A stretch of DNA of 64,000 bases from a virus (IMGVR_UViG_3300044956_000431:32001-96000); one strand, 5' to 3'; shown: positions 1 through 10,282, counted from the stretch's first letter. Notes: a model not told the origin generated them from the sequence alone. Numbers and translations: made by a program.

Positions 1-82
1 AAATTCGGCACTCTTGCATGATACCGTACCACTGCTCTTCTGTAGAGACAGATACGTAGATTCGATGTAGTCTAGCTTCCAT
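1..82 (-). CDS. hypothetical protein, 5' part only (runs off window edge)
   Basis: ATG at 82 reads MEARLHRIYVSVSTEEQWYGIMQECRI, open to the edge. Confidence 0.6.
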   Translation of the reverse strand, partial: MEARLHRIYVSVSTEEQWYGIMQECRI

Positions 83-100
83 AATATATTATACTAGGAG

Positions 101-622
101 TTAGTCCCAAGTGCGATCCTTTTCGGCAACCCACTCCAAGCCATTATATTCGTCTATTTCTCACTCAATGTTAGCGGGTATTACTTCTACCTTAAGAGAA
201 GCGAATTGACTGTCTGCTTTTTCACCAAGCTCTCGAACTACTTGTACTAGCACTGGGTCGTCTTGGGCAATGTCTTTATCGTCAAATACTTGCTGTTCGT
301 GCAGTTGGTTATGTTTTTGTGGTTCAGTCAAAGACATTGCATTCCATGTTGATGCGTCAAGTTCGCTGAGGCGTTGTTCTTCTGGCACCAGCCAATATAT
401 AGATCCAAGACTACTGTATTTTTTATGAGGAACTACCTAGTGCTCTATACCTTTTATTTCAAGATATCGTTCAACACCTTCTTGGCTTAAACCAAAACCG
501 CCATGCTGTTTGTTGATCACAACATAGCGGACGCCTTGGATTTCATTGAGAAACTGTTTTTGATCTACTGTGAGATCAGAGTCTTCAAGAGCTTTTATAA
601 GTTTGCCATGTGTTGGTTTCGT
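101..622 (-). pseudogene. conserved phage hypothetical protein with two in-frame stops
   Basis: Single frame reads VVINKQHGGFGLS...GIEH*VV...DDPVLVQVVRELG...IPANIE*EIDEYNGLEWVAEKDRTWD; TAG at 437-439, TGA at 161-163; start uncertain. Confidence 0.7.
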
Positions 623-872
623 CGTTCCAATGTCGTGAATCCACTATACGCAGATCCACGGTATATCCAAATACATTGATCGTGGCCCAAGGTCCTGCAT
701 GATCGGTCTGTCGCCAGTTAAAATCTATTGCAAGCTCGAACCAGTTGAATCGATAATAACTAAACTGTAGTTCTACAAACTTATGTTCGGTCAACTGTTT
801 TGCACCGGCCCAGATATTTCTAAATGGGCTAGCCGGAAATGGATTACGGAGTCGGATACCAAAGTCGATCAT
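585..872 (-). CDS. hypothetical protein
   Basis: 95-aa ORF; ATGA overlap with the upstream frame. Confidence 0.75.
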   Translation of the reverse strand: MIDFGIRLRNPFPASPFRNIWAGAKQLTEHKFVELQFSYYRFNWFELAIDFNWRQTDHAGPWATINVFGYTVDLRIVDSRHWNDETNTWQTYKSS

Positions 873-1054
873 TTGTCAGTCCTTACACAAATAAACTTCA
901 TGGCCTTGTTAGTGGCTGTGGCCATTTTTACAGCCTAATCACCAGCGGCTTGACATGCTGGTTGATTCTGGAATCCACCAATGCTGGTCATGACCATAGA
1001 GTCAGCGTTGCTTAATGCACCAGCATGCACAATAATAATCTGTATCCAGTTCAT
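869..1054 (-). pseudogene. small hypothetical protein with internal TAG
   Basis: MNWIQIIIVHAG...ACQAAGD*AVKMATATNKAMKFICVRTDK; ATGA overlaps at both ends; in-frame TAG at 935-937. Confidence 0.7.
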
Positions 1055-2424
1055 ATTTTTTCTCCTGCTGCCCAACCACGGAATCTCACAAAACGTGGAA
1101 ACCTTAGGCTGTATGTTCCATCTTGATTTTGGGTTACCGCATCAGCTTCGATTTCAACCAAGCGACCAACAAGGTCATCGCGGGCGAGCCAATACTCATC
1201 ACGATCGCTATCAGACAAACCGCTACCAACATTAACGCGAATGTCACGTCCATTGTCAACTCCTTCACAGATTAACGCACCCAAACGATCCGAGTTTCGA
1301 CCGGTGCCTTGTTCGAAACCAACAATATTCAAATCCACAGTGATGGTGGGCTTCCACTTCATCCAGAAACTGCTACGTTTACACTCGTAAGGAGCATCAA
1401 TATCTTTGATCATGATGCCTTCGTAGCCTTGTGTGACAGCATTTTCAGCAAAGCGCCGCATGATATCATGCCCTTCTGATGTGTCAAGATCAACATCCAG
1501 GCCAGGCATCACACGCACACAGTCGCTGGCGTCAATAACGGCCTGGCAATCTTCTAGGATCTGTGTACGCTTGTACTGTTGAGCGTTCCAGAATCCACGC
1601 TCAAAGTCTTGCATAGTTATTACGTCAAACACATAATAAGTCATGCCGTCTGTCTTGGCATCGCTCTTGCGGTGTGCTTGGCGCATGAGTTGTTGAAAAC
1701 TTTCACCCACAATCTCACCATCTAGCACAAACGGGCCCTTGGTTGTGAGACTCATCTTGTTGCGAAATGACTCAATGGCCGCGGCCACTTGCGGAAAGTT
1801 GTCAAAGGGCTTGCCATTGCGGCTGTACAAGTTTACGGTGTTTTTACTGACCACTGCCAGTACACGAACACCGTCTAGTTTACATTCGATACGTTTGGTG
1901 CCTCGGAGCTTGTTTTGGTGATCGTTGGAATCTGTGGCCAACTGGCAAGTAAACACAGGAATCTTCCATTCCGAGTTGCCCAGAACTTTGTTCAAGGTTT
2001 TTTCTGAGATACCACAACGGAGATCTTTGATCAAAACTCGGCGGGCCAGGCTGTTCCACTCCGCAGAGTCAAAACGACTGGCCAGCTCTTCTATCTTGTC
2101 CTTTGCCTTGCCGCCAGTGATGCTACGAGTGCGGAGAGCTTCTGTCAGTGCCCAGAACTCTGTCCAAGGATTGTCCTTGCCTGTGAGCCCTGAGGTTTTA
2201 GGAACTTTCTTTACACCATAGACGAAATAAGGATTGTAGGCCAGGTAGCAGTTGTATAAAAAACACTGCGCCCCTGCCGAGCCCAATCGAGCCGCTACCA
2301 GAGCCTTTTCGATCACTGCTTCTTTGTGTAGCCTAGAGTCTGAGCCTTCGAGATCTTCGATCCAATCTGCCGCCACTTTTAATCCATTGAATTCTTTATT
2401 TTGCCAATTGCAAGCCTGTGTCAT
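1051..2424 (-). CDS. lig: ATP-dependent DNA ligase
   Basis: Motif I ECKLDGVR, LDGEI, YVFD, EGIMIKD, KWK, SLRFPRF. Confidence 0.95.
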   Translation of the reverse strand: MTQACNWQNKEFNGLKVAADWIEDLEGSDSRLHKEAVIEKALVAARLGSAGAQCFLYNCYLAYNPYFVYGVKKVPKTSGLTGKDNPWTEFWALTEALRTRSITGGKAKDKIEELASRFDSAEWNSLARRVLIKDLRCGISEKTLNKVLGNSEWKIPVFTCQLATDSNDHQNKLRGTKRIECKLDGVRVLAVVSKNTVNLYSRNGKPFDNFPQVAAAIESFRNKMSLTTKGPFVLDGEIVGESFQQLMRQAHRKSDAKTDGMTYYVFDVITMQDFERGFWNAQQYKRTQILEDCQAVIDASDCVRVMPGLDVDLDTSEGHDIMRRFAENAVTQGYEGIMIKDIDAPYECKRSSFWMKWKPTITVDLNIVGFEQGTGRNSDRLGALICEGVDNGRDIRVNVGSGLSDSDRDEYWLARDDLVGRLVEIEADAVTQNQDGTYSLRFPRFVRFRGWAAGEKI

Positions 2425-2440
2425 GCCTGTACCTTTTTAT

Positions 2441-2689
2441 TTAAACCAGATCTACTTGGAAATCAATGTCCATTTTTTGCATCTTGCTGTCATATATGCT
2501 GGTACAACTGGCCATGCCCAAGATACCTTTGCGAGCAATACGCTCAAGAGCAGTCCACACAGCCATACGCTGTTCAGTGAAACACATCTTAGTCATGCCT
2601 TGCACAGTAGTGTAGAATCCCAAACCGTTAACAATGACTCGGATTTTTTGGCTGTTGTTCAGACCTTGGATGATTTGTTTTTGACGCAT
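2441..2689 (-). CDS. hypothetical early protein
   Basis: 82-aa ORF, SD AGGAG, sigma70-like promoter upstream. Confidence 0.75.
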   Translation of the reverse strand: MRQKQIIQGLNNSQKIRVIVNGLGFYTTVQGMTKMCFTEQRMAVWTALERIARKGILGMASCTSIYDSKMQKMDIDFQVDLV

Positions 2690-2722
2690 GTTTAGCTCCT
2701 GCTTTATTACTCTCTATGCTAT

Positions 2723-2752
2723 ATTATAGCCGAAATGGACGTTTCTGGTCAA
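2723..2752 (-). promoter_or_regulatory. sigma70-like early promoter
   Basis: TTGACC-N18-TATAAT. Confidence 0.7.
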
Positions 2753-2816
2753 CTGTTTTAAGATAGTGTGTACAAACCACAAAAAACTCTGCTATTTGCA
2801 GGGTAAATACTTTAGT

Positions 2817-3008
2817 TTACTTTTTTGTAATTCTAGCACGGAAGTAGTAATCTGGGTTGCCGCCCTCTTCCGAATGCTTTGCATAGTGTTCTGCTTCTTC
2901 CAGGGTGGAAAATAAGCAAGTATCGTTGGGGGCAACCCGCTGTCCCCAGCCCCGCTCGTACTCGATTATACTAACTTTTAACAGTCCGGAAAGTTTGACT
3001 TCTACCAT
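2817..3008 (-). CDS. hypothetical early protein
   Basis: 63 aa, EYERGWG motif, SD AAGGAG. Confidence 0.75.
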   Translation of the reverse strand: MVEVKLSGLLKVSIIEYERGWGQRVAPNDTCLFSTLEEAEHYAKHSEEGGNPDYYFRARITKK

Positions 3009-3045
3009 TTTGAGCTCCTTTTTGACTACTACATACTGTAACTAT

Positions 3046-3074
3046 AGTATAAGCGAAATGGAGTTACTTGTCAA
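3046..3074 (-). promoter_or_regulatory. sigma70-like early promoter
   Basis: TTGACA-N17-TATACT. Confidence 0.8.
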
Positions 3075-5311
3075 CTACGGATTAACAAGGCCTCGGCTTG
3101 TTCTTTGGTGTATTGATTTGGCGCCAAGGTGCCTGGCTCTTCGATTGTGGTTGTGTCAAGGGCAGTGTCTTGTTCAAGGCCAGCCGCATTTAATCTTTGT
3201 ACGTTTCTACCTTCTCTCATGGCCGCGATAATGGCCTGACCGCCTAGACTGTTTGCCACAGCCACACGCTCTAACCACATAGCCGGTCCGCCAAACTCTG
3301 TGCGCTTTCCGTATTCAGGCAGTTGCTCAGCAAAACTCATGGCCACGGTATTGTTTGGTAGAATATCTTCTGCTACCAAGTCTATGCGTTGACGGTTGAG
3401 GTATTCTCGACCCAACTGATCTTGCCAGGCATTTTCATTGTTATATACTGTTTGCGCCACAGGATAGTTTTGGATGATGTCTACATTGGCCAATGCTGTA
3501 AAAGGAATGATACCGTTGATCCAGGCGTCTTCGTAGGCCTCTTCTGCTGTGTCAAATGGACCATATGTGCCGGCAGCAGCCCACCCTGCTGGAATTTCAA
3601 CTTCCCATTCAGGAGGGTCTGTTTCAGGATAAACTGCTACGTTAACTGGTCCAAAGATACCTTGGCTAAAGGCCTGGATGGTTTCGTAGATACCTTGTAC
3701 CTGTGTGAACTCATCAAATGCACCAATAGCATCTAGTTCTGCTAACTTTGTTGAATTGTCTTGCAGGTATGATCCACTGTTATAACCGGCGGCAAAACCA
3801 ATCACATCCGATATCACTAGTTGCCCTAGAGCACCAGTGCCCAGCGGAATATCATAATCTTCATTGTACTGTGCTTTCCAATAATCTAGAACACCTTGTG
3901 GCGCATTCTGTGTTTGATTTTGTATCAGTGGTAGACCTTCAAGGTTTTCCAATCCGCTGATTGCCGCGGCTATCAAGTCTGTGCTAGAATTTTGTATACC
4001 TTTGATCTGTAGCAAACTGCGAGCTACCGCATCGTTGGCCACAGCCAAATCATCAGGAACGATGCCTTTGAGATTTTGACCAAGATTATTGAGTTCGGGG
4101 TTTACTGCACCCGAAGAATCTTCATATATGGCCCTAAAGCCCACTGATGCTGTACGTATGGGAGTGGTCAGTGTGGTATAACTCTTTCCAAACAGTTTGG
4201 TTGGATTTAGCAAGTCCTGACCTTGTCTAACACTAGCCTGTGTGTTGTTCAATATAGCCTTGACTTGTGACACTTCTGTTGGATTCAATGTACCCAACTG
4301 CCTATATATTTCTTTTTGTATGGTGGGTGGAAGGTTGGTACCTCTTCTGGCTAGACCATTTAAGTCTACTCCCAGTTCTTTGAGAGTGATATTTTGTGTC
4401 AAGTCTCCTAATCCGGTGCTGGATTTTTTACCAGTGACCACATTAAAAGCCGACGTTACAAGATTGTAACCAAGTTCTTGGGCAGTTTTTTCATTGACTC
4501 GGATCGCTCCCAACTTATCATACATGGGTCCTAGAGTCCCATTATTTTCCATATTGGCCATGAGCTGTCCTGGACTGCCAAGATTTTTGAGATTTTTCCA
4601 ACTCACTGTATCACCAAGGTTGCCAATATCTTCGCCTACGCCTTCTGTCCAGTTCGACACGCCTGTGACTCCAGCAGTGATGGTGTTTTCCATATTGGTA
4701 AATGTTTTTTTAGGGTACTTGTCGCTACGCTCAGCCGCATTGACAAAACTGTTGGTAGTGTCTACATAGCTCTGTGCCGAGTTGAAAATACTTCCCAATA
4801 CTTTAGCATCACCTTGTAAAACTCCCGATACAAACTCTCCAGGGCCGCCTAAGCTAGTACCAGCCCATTTGATGCCAGTTTGTATGGCAGTGCTATAGGC
4901 TTTTTCGGTCACGGTCTCCAAAAACGCGGCTGTTTTGGGTCCGTAGGTTCCTACAGTGCTCAAGAATACTATGTTGTCAGCAGCCACTGGAGCTGTGGCA
5001 ATCTGATTCCAGGCAGTACGCATAGGTTCGGTAAACTCTAGCACAGCAGTTTTCATCTCACCAAGAGTTTGTGTGAGACTGCTGTACCAGCTTTGGCTAG
5101 TTGTAGATAACAGACCTTGTGACGTGGCCTGGGCAGTGCTCATGACCTGGCTAACACCATCAGGAAAAAATGCAGTGACTTCGCCGAGACCGCCCAGGGC
5201 CTCAGCACCCCCAATGGGTGCGCCACCCAGGATATCTGCCAAACCGCCGTTGGCAATAAAGCTGGCGCCCGCAGTCATGATGATAGAGGTAAACCCACCT
5301 TGGCAGGCCAT
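3071..5311 (-). CDS. putative baseplate/virion structural protein
   Basis: 746 aa, G/A/T/N-rich, directly downstream of PAAR. Confidence 0.55.
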   Translation of the reverse strand: MACQGGFTSIIMTAGASFIANGGLADILGGAPIGGAEALGGLGEVTAFFPDGVSQVMSTAQATSQGLLSTTSQSWYSSLTQTLGEMKTAVLEFTEPMRTAWNQIATAPVAADNIVFLSTVGTYGPKTAAFLETVTEKAYSTAIQTGIKWAGTSLGGPGEFVSGVLQGDAKVLGSIFNSAQSYVDTTNSFVNAAERSDKYPKKTFTNMENTITAGVTGVSNWTEGVGEDIGNLGDTVSWKNLKNLGSPGQLMANMENNGTLGPMYDKLGAIRVNEKTAQELGYNLVTSAFNVVTGKKSSTGLGDLTQNITLKELGVDLNGLARRGTNLPPTIQKEIYRQLGTLNPTEVSQVKAILNNTQASVRQGQDLLNPTKLFGKSYTTLTTPIRTASVGFRAIYEDSSGAVNPELNNLGQNLKGIVPDDLAVANDAVARSLLQIKGIQNSSTDLIAAAISGLENLEGLPLIQNQTQNAPQGVLDYWKAQYNEDYDIPLGTGALGQLVISDVIGFAAGYNSGSYLQDNSTKLAELDAIGAFDEFTQVQGIYETIQAFSQGIFGPVNVAVYPETDPPEWEVEIPAGWAAAGTYGPFDTAEEAYEDAWINGIIPFTALANVDIIQNYPVAQTVYNNENAWQDQLGREYLNRQRIDLVAEDILPNNTVAMSFAEQLPEYGKRTEFGGPAMWLERVAVANSLGGQAIIAAMREGRNVQRLNAAGLEQDTALDTTTIEEPGTLAPNQYTKEQAEALLIRS

Positions 5312-5312
5312 G

Positions 5313-5597
5313 TCAGTTTCCTACTATTACGTTCAAGCTACCCAAGACTCTGGGATCGAAACAGGTGTCTAGTGATCCTACATACACTATGGGTTTACCC
5401 TCGGCCGTGACAGAACGGCTACCCAATGTTGTCTTTGCTCGACAATGTATTTTCATTACGGGGCAAGGTAGGTGTGGCGAGACAGATGTACCTGTAATGC
5501 AGGCTGGACGTCCATTGATCAGTACGCTCCTGGCTCCGGGAGACATAGCAAGTCCTCCCGCTTCGTTTGGATCACCAATTCTAACTGCTGGTGGCAT
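5313..5597 (-). CDS. PAAR spike-tip protein (gp5.4-like)
   Basis: PPAVRIGD, VLINGRPA, SVTAEGKP, DTC..GSLNVIVG. Confidence 0.9.
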   Translation of the reverse strand: MPPAVRIGDPNEAGGLAMSPGARSVLINGRPACITGTSVSPHLPCPVMKIHCRAKTTLGSRSVTAEGKPIVYVGSLDTCFDPRVLGSLNVIVGN

Positions 5598-5601
5598 AAG
5601 T

Positions 5602-5907
5602 TTATCCTGTTATGATTTGCTTGGCAGGAGGAGTGACAATGCCTGTGGTGGCTTCGAGATATTTGGCACGTACGTCTTCGCGAGTTTCACCTGTCAATGC
5701 AATACTAGCAGTATTTATATGCACATTTTTATTGGGATTTAAGCTCAACAAACAGGGCATCATTTGTAGCCCTTGCGGGCCCAAGACCATGCAGATGGGC
5801 TGGGCTACTTCGATGCTGTCTGAAGTTTTTTTGTAGACTTTGGCTGTGATTTCTTCACCGCTGACCAGTTTAAAAGTGTAGATCTGGTTGAGTTGTATAT
5901 GGTTCAT
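5602..5907 (-). CDS. conserved phage protein, Sm-like fold possible
   Basis: TFKLVSGEEITAK start, TTGIVTP end. Confidence 0.6.
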   Translation of the reverse strand: MNHIQLNQIYTFKLVSGEEITAKVYKKTSDSIEVAQPICMVLGPQGLQMMPCLLSLNPNKNVHINTASIALTGETREDVRAKYLEATTGIVTPPAKQIITG

Positions 5908-5914
5908 AGGGTTC

Positions 5915-6172
5915 CTAGGTTTTCAGTAAGGCCATACGAGTACGGATCTCGTCTGTGCTCAGCTTACTTAAACCTTGGAATCCACCTTCTACTAATAATT
6001 CACCATTGTGATAGATCTGCGGAACTGTGCGATGTCCTTGGCCAACAATAAAATCTCGTGCGGCTGAGTCTTCGTCGATTTTGATTTCTTCAAACGCAAT
6101 GTCTTTGCTTTGAAGCAGAGCTTTGGCTTGATCGCAAAATGGGCAGTGTTTTTTTGAATATACTGTTAGCAT
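5915..6172 (-). CDS. grx: glutaredoxin
   Basis: CPFC, TVPQI, GGF; next to nrdAB; C-terminus possibly frameshifted. Confidence 0.92.
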   Translation of the reverse strand: MLTVYSKKHCPFCDQAKALLQSKDIAFEEIKIDEDSAARDFIVGQGHRTVPQIYHNGELLVEGGFQGLSKLSTDEIRTRMALLKT

Positions 6173-6173
6173 C

Positions 6174-6833
6174 CTATTTTCCTTGATGTATTTTTGAAGC
6201 TAGAACTATTTTACAAATATGCTCTAGTCGTTCAATGTGTTCAAATGCACGCCACGGAGTGGAATCTATGGCCACGACTCCGTGTTCTTTGATACCTACG
6301 ATATCGTAAGCAACATTGCCTTCATTATCTAGCTCAAAATGATGATGACATTGATCGGCTAGTTCTTGACTGATGGGCGGAACATCTCCTACATTGTAAG
6401 CGACCTTAGTATAGCGACTTAGTTCAGGAAACTTTCGGGCAATAGCCCCTAGTTCAATACCGGCATGCATGGCCGCCACACAATAGGTAGGATGTAGATG
6501 AACTACTACCCGCACATCGGTTGAGTGCTGACCCATGGCTCGCTGTAATCCAAAGTGCAAAGGTAACTCGCCGCTAGGTTTTAGGTTAGCACTAATATCA
6601 GTGTAATAATCTTCTTGCCAGGTTTTGCTTAAGAACGGAGGCACCGTGCTGAGTTGATCAATAATGCGAATTTTCTTGAACTGGTCAGGTTGCAGTGTTT
6701 GTTTACGAACACCACTGGGAGTGATGTAAAAGTAATCACGGTCATGATGACGTATGCTGACATTACCATCGCGACTGGTAATCCAGTTACGACGATATGC
6801 CTCTACTAAAGTTTCGCAGATAGTCTCTAGCAT
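6174..6833 (-). CDS. class II aldolase/adducin family protein
   Basis: DGNVS, ITPSG, PSGELPLH, HLHP, HGVVA. Confidence 0.88.
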   Translation of the reverse strand: MLETICETLVEAYRRNWITSRDGNVSIRHHDRDYFYITPSGVRKQTLQPDQFKKIRIIDQLSTVPPFLSKTWQEDYYTDISANLKPSGELPLHFGLQRAMGQHSTDVRVVVHLHPTYCVAAMHAGIELGAIARKFPELSRYTKVAYNVGDVPPISQELADQCHHHFELDNEGNVAYDIVGIKEHGVVAIDSTPWRAFEHIERLEHICKIVLASKIHQGK

Positions 6834-7957
6834 TAAAGACTCATGCCCGTAAATGTGTTTAAGTCAACGTCTTGTTTGGTACCACCAATTACGTAAGAGG
6901 TGATTTCTGTTTCTTGTGGTGCCACTTGCACATCGCCGCCAGCAATCCACTTCTGAGTCCACGGCAGTGGATTTGATTCGCCCTTATAATGATTAGGCAA
7001 ACCCAAGGCAGTCATTCGCTTGTGCGCAATCCACTCTATATAGTCGCGGAGCAACTGCTTGTTGAGACCAAGCATAGATCCGTCTTTGAACAAATAGTCA
7101 GCCCAGGCTTCTTCTTGCGCCACAGCAGAATCAAACATAGCTACAACTTCAGCTTGTGTTTCCTGGCGTATCTTTACAAAATCGGCATCGTCTTGTGGAA
7201 GAATCTTCAACAGACTTTGTGAGAAGCCCAAGTGGACGTTTTCGTCACGTGCAATAAGTTTGATAATCTTGGCATTGCCTTCCATCTTTTTCAGTTCGGC
7301 AAAGGCCCAGCTACAAGCAAAGCTCACATAGAAGCGAATGCCTTCTAGCACATTGACCGAGTTAAGGCACAGCCACAGTTTCTTCTTGAGCTCATACTTT
7401 GATACTTCAAACTCAACACCATTGCATGTGTGTTTGCCTGCGCCCAACAGTTGATACCATTGGCTGTAACCTATCAAATCGTCATAGTATTTGGAAATAT
7501 CATTGCCGCAGGCAATGATGTCGTCAATCTCCAGCATCTCGTCAAACACTCTAGCAGGATCTGAATACACATTACGGATGATGTGAGTGTAACTACGACT
7601 GTGAATGGTTTCGGAAAAGGCCCAAGTTTCAATCCAAGTCTCTAGTTCTGGCAGAGTAACAATGGGAAGAAATGCCAAGTTTGGTGAACGACCTTGTACT
7701 GAGTCCAAAAGAATCTGACGCTTGAGGTTGGCGGTAAAGATGTGTTGTTCAAACGGAGTTAGGTCTTTGAAGTCCTTGGCATCACGCAACACATCAACTT
7801 CTTCAGGTCGCCAGAAAAAACCCAACTGCTTGTCAGTGAGCTTGTCAAACTGACGATACTTCAATGTATCATATCGTTGCATGCCCAGGCTACCTTGAGG
7901 ATCAAGAAAGGCCAGGGCGGTGGTATGGTCACGCTTTTTTAGATTAAGTACGGTCAT
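6833..7957 (-). CDS. nrdB: ribonucleotide reductase class Ia beta subunit
   Basis: FFWRPEE, LDSVQ, ETIHSRSY, LEGIRFYVSF, RDENVH, APQETEI. Confidence 0.97.
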   Translation of the reverse strand: MTVLNLKKRDHTTALAFLDPQGSLGMQRYDTLKYRQFDKLTDKQLGFFWRPEEVDVLRDAKDFKDLTPFEQHIFTANLKRQILLDSVQGRSPNLAFLPIVTLPELETWIETWAFSETIHSRSYTHIIRNVYSDPARVFDEMLEIDDIIACGNDISKYYDDLIGYSQWYQLLGAGKHTCNGVEFEVSKYELKKKLWLCLNSVNVLEGIRFYVSFACSWAFAELKKMEGNAKIIKLIARDENVHLGFSQSLLKILPQDDADFVKIRQETQAEVVAMFDSAVAQEEAWADYLFKDGSMLGLNKQLLRDYIEWIAHKRMTALGLPNHYKGESNPLPWTQKWIAGGDVQVAPQETEITSYVIGGTKQDVDLNTFTGMSL

Positions 7958-7969
7958 ATTTATTCTCTT

Positions 7970-10282
7970 TTAAATTTTACAACTATCGCAGTCGGCATCA
8001 TCTGCGATCATTATGTCAGGTGCTTGGATCAGGATTTCTTGTCGATTAATTCTGTCAACATCTATTTCTCCTGACCCGTCATAGGTATTGAAGTAATAGA
8101 GTTGCTTGCCGCCATACTTATAAAACATGATCATATGCTTGAGCATTTCGCTCATTGGAATCTTTTCATCATCAAAGAATTGCGGATTATAGCTGGTGTT
8201 TACACTGATACCTTGGTCAATGTATTTCTGTAACATTGCCATGATCTTCAAGTAACCTTCGGGCGACTTCTGATCCCACAGCAGTTCGTATTTGTTTTTC
8301 AATCTGCGGTATTCGGGAACCACTTGTTTGAGCACACCGTCCTTGCTTTGTTTCACTGTGACATAGCTACGAGGAGGTTCTACTCCATTGGTCGAGTTTG
8401 AAATCTGTGCTGATGTTTCTGCTGGCATCAACGCCATTAGCGTGGAGTTGCGAATACCCGTTGTCTTGAGTTGTTTGCGAAGTTCTGCCCAGTCTACTAC
8501 ATCAACGTGTGGCACCAGCTCGTCAACTTCACGCTTGTAAGTATCCACAGGAAGGATACCGTCACCGTACTTGGTTTCGTTGCTCTTGGGGCAAGCACCA
8601 AACTCACGTGCAAGATCTGCTGATGCTTTGATCAAATAGTATGACCAGTACTGTGCCCAACGATCTACCACAGGCAAGGCTGCTGGATCACTGTAGCTCA
8701 GATCATTCTTGGCCAGCCAGTAGGCAAAGTTAATGATTCCAACTCCCAACGGACGTCGTGCTTCTGTGGCCAACTGTGCGGCAATGATAGGATAGTTTTG
8801 ATAACTCAACAGTGCATCAAGTCCGCGCACTGACAGTGTGCAGGCTTTTTCCATGTCTTCAGGATTACGGAACACACCCCAGTTGATTGCACTTAGTGTA
8901 CACAAGGCAATCTCACCATTCTCATCATGTACATCGTCTAGAGGTTTGGTTGGCAACGTGATCTCACAGCAGAGGTTGCTCATTTTAACAGGCGCCAAGT
9001 CTGGTTTGAATGATCCGTGAGTGTTGGCGTGATCAACGTTTTGTAAGTACACACGACCCGTGTCCTTACGTTCTTGCATGAAAGCAGTAAACAGGTCAAT
9101 GGCTTTGACTTTTTTCTTACGTAGTTTGGTATTGCGCTCAGCTGTTTCATACAGCTCGCGGAATCGATCTACGTCTGAGAAGAAAGCTTCATACATCTCT
9201 GGCACGTCATGCGGCGAGAACAAGGTAATGTCGCCGCCCATGAGCAATCGTTCGTACATGACTTTGTTGAACTGCACACCGTAGTCCATGTGACGCACAC
9301 GATTGTCTTCAGTGCCTTTGTTGTTTTTAAGCACTAGAAGATCTTCAACTTCATAGTGCCAGATTGGGTAATAGAGAGTGGCGGCTCCATTGCGTACACC
9401 GCCTTGGCTACACGAGCGGGTAGCTGCCTGAAACATTTTGTAAAAGGGAATAACACCTGTATGGTATGCATCACCATTGCGAATAGGTGATCCTAGCGCA
9501 CGAATGCGACCGCCGCCAATGCCAATGCCGGCTTTTTGGCTCACATACTTTACAATACTAGACGATGTAGCATTGATCGAATCCAGACTGTCTCCTGTTT
9601 CAATCAACACACAGCTTGAGAACTGGCGCATGGGAGTACGCACACCGGCCATCACAGGAGTGGGCAGACTCACTTGATGCTGACTAATGGCATCATAGTA
9701 TTCGCGAACCCACATCATGCGGCTGTCTTGGGGATAGTGCTGGAACAAGGTGGCTGCGATCAACGCATAGGCCATCTGCGGTGTTTCAAAGATTTCTTTG
9801 GTCACTCTATTCTGTACAAGATACTTGCCACGGAACTGTTCCATGGCTGCATAGGTCAACTGCTCGTCGCGATCGTGACGAATGAAACTGTTGATGCGCC
9901 GCCATTCATTTGCGTTATATACTGTAAGCAACTCATTGTCATAGAATCCAGCAGCCACATTTTTCTTCACAAGATCAAGGATGTGCCAAGGCTGGAACTG
10001 ACCATAGACTTGTTTGCGAAGATGATAGCAAATCAATCTGCCAGCCACGTACTGATAGTTAGGAGTTTCTTCCGTAATCAAGTCTGCCGCGCTCTTGATC
10101 AGTGTTTCTTGAATGTCTGCTGTTTTGATTCCGTTGTAAAACTGTATGTGTGATTTGATTTCAACTTGACTGGCCGAAACTCCTGTGATACCTTCTGTGG
10201 CCCAAAACACCACTTTATGCAGTTTCTCTAAATCCAGTGGCTCCCGTCGTCCGTCTCTTTTTGTTATTTGTATTTGTGTCAT
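7970..10282 (-). CDS. nrdA: ribonucleotide reductase class Ia alpha subunit with ATP-cone
   Basis: ITKRDG cone, FSSC, SNLCCEI, MPAETS, LYY, C-terminal CDSCKI. Confidence 0.97.
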   Translation of the reverse strand: MTQIQITKRDGRREPLDLEKLHKVVFWATEGITGVSASQVEIKSHIQFYNGIKTADIQETLIKSAADLITEETPNYQYVAGRLICYHLRKQVYGQFQPWHILDLVKKNVAAGFYDNELLTVYNANEWRRINSFIRHDRDEQLTYAAMEQFRGKYLVQNRVTKEIFETPQMAYALIAATLFQHYPQDSRMMWVREYYDAISQHQVSLPTPVMAGVRTPMRQFSSCVLIETGDSLDSINATSSSIVKYVSQKAGIGIGGGRIRALGSPIRNGDAYHTGVIPFYKMFQAATRSCSQGGVRNGAATLYYPIWHYEVEDLLVLKNNKGTEDNRVRHMDYGVQFNKVMYERLLMGGDITLFSPHDVPEMYEAFFSDVDRFRELYETAERNTKLRKKKVKAIDLFTAFMQERKDTGRVYLQNVDHANTHGSFKPDLAPVKMSNLCCEITLPTKPLDDVHDENGEIALCTLSAINWGVFRNPEDMEKACTLSVRGLDALLSYQNYPIIAAQLATEARRPLGVGIINFAYWLAKNDLSYSDPAALPVVDRWAQYWSYYLIKASADLAREFGACPKSNETKYGDGILPVDTYKREVDELVPHVDVVDWAELRKQLKTTGIRNSTLMALMPAETSAQISNSTNGVEPPRSYVTVKQSKDGVLKQVVPEYRRLKNKYELLWDQKSPEGYLKIMAMLQKYIDQGISVNTSYNPQFFDDEKIPMSEMLKHMIMFYKYGGKQLYYFNTYDGSGEIDVDRINRQEILIQAPDIMIADDADCDSCKI

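Noticed and set aside
101-1054. Stop-codon reassignment (TAG=Gln or TGA=Trp)
   Set aside because: TGA and TAG end many genes cleanly elsewhere, long genes are intact under the standard code, and the interruptions involve different codons
7970-10282. Inteins or introns in nrdA, and likewise nrdB, helicase, uvsX and terL
   Set aside because: All are canonical in length with contiguous motifs
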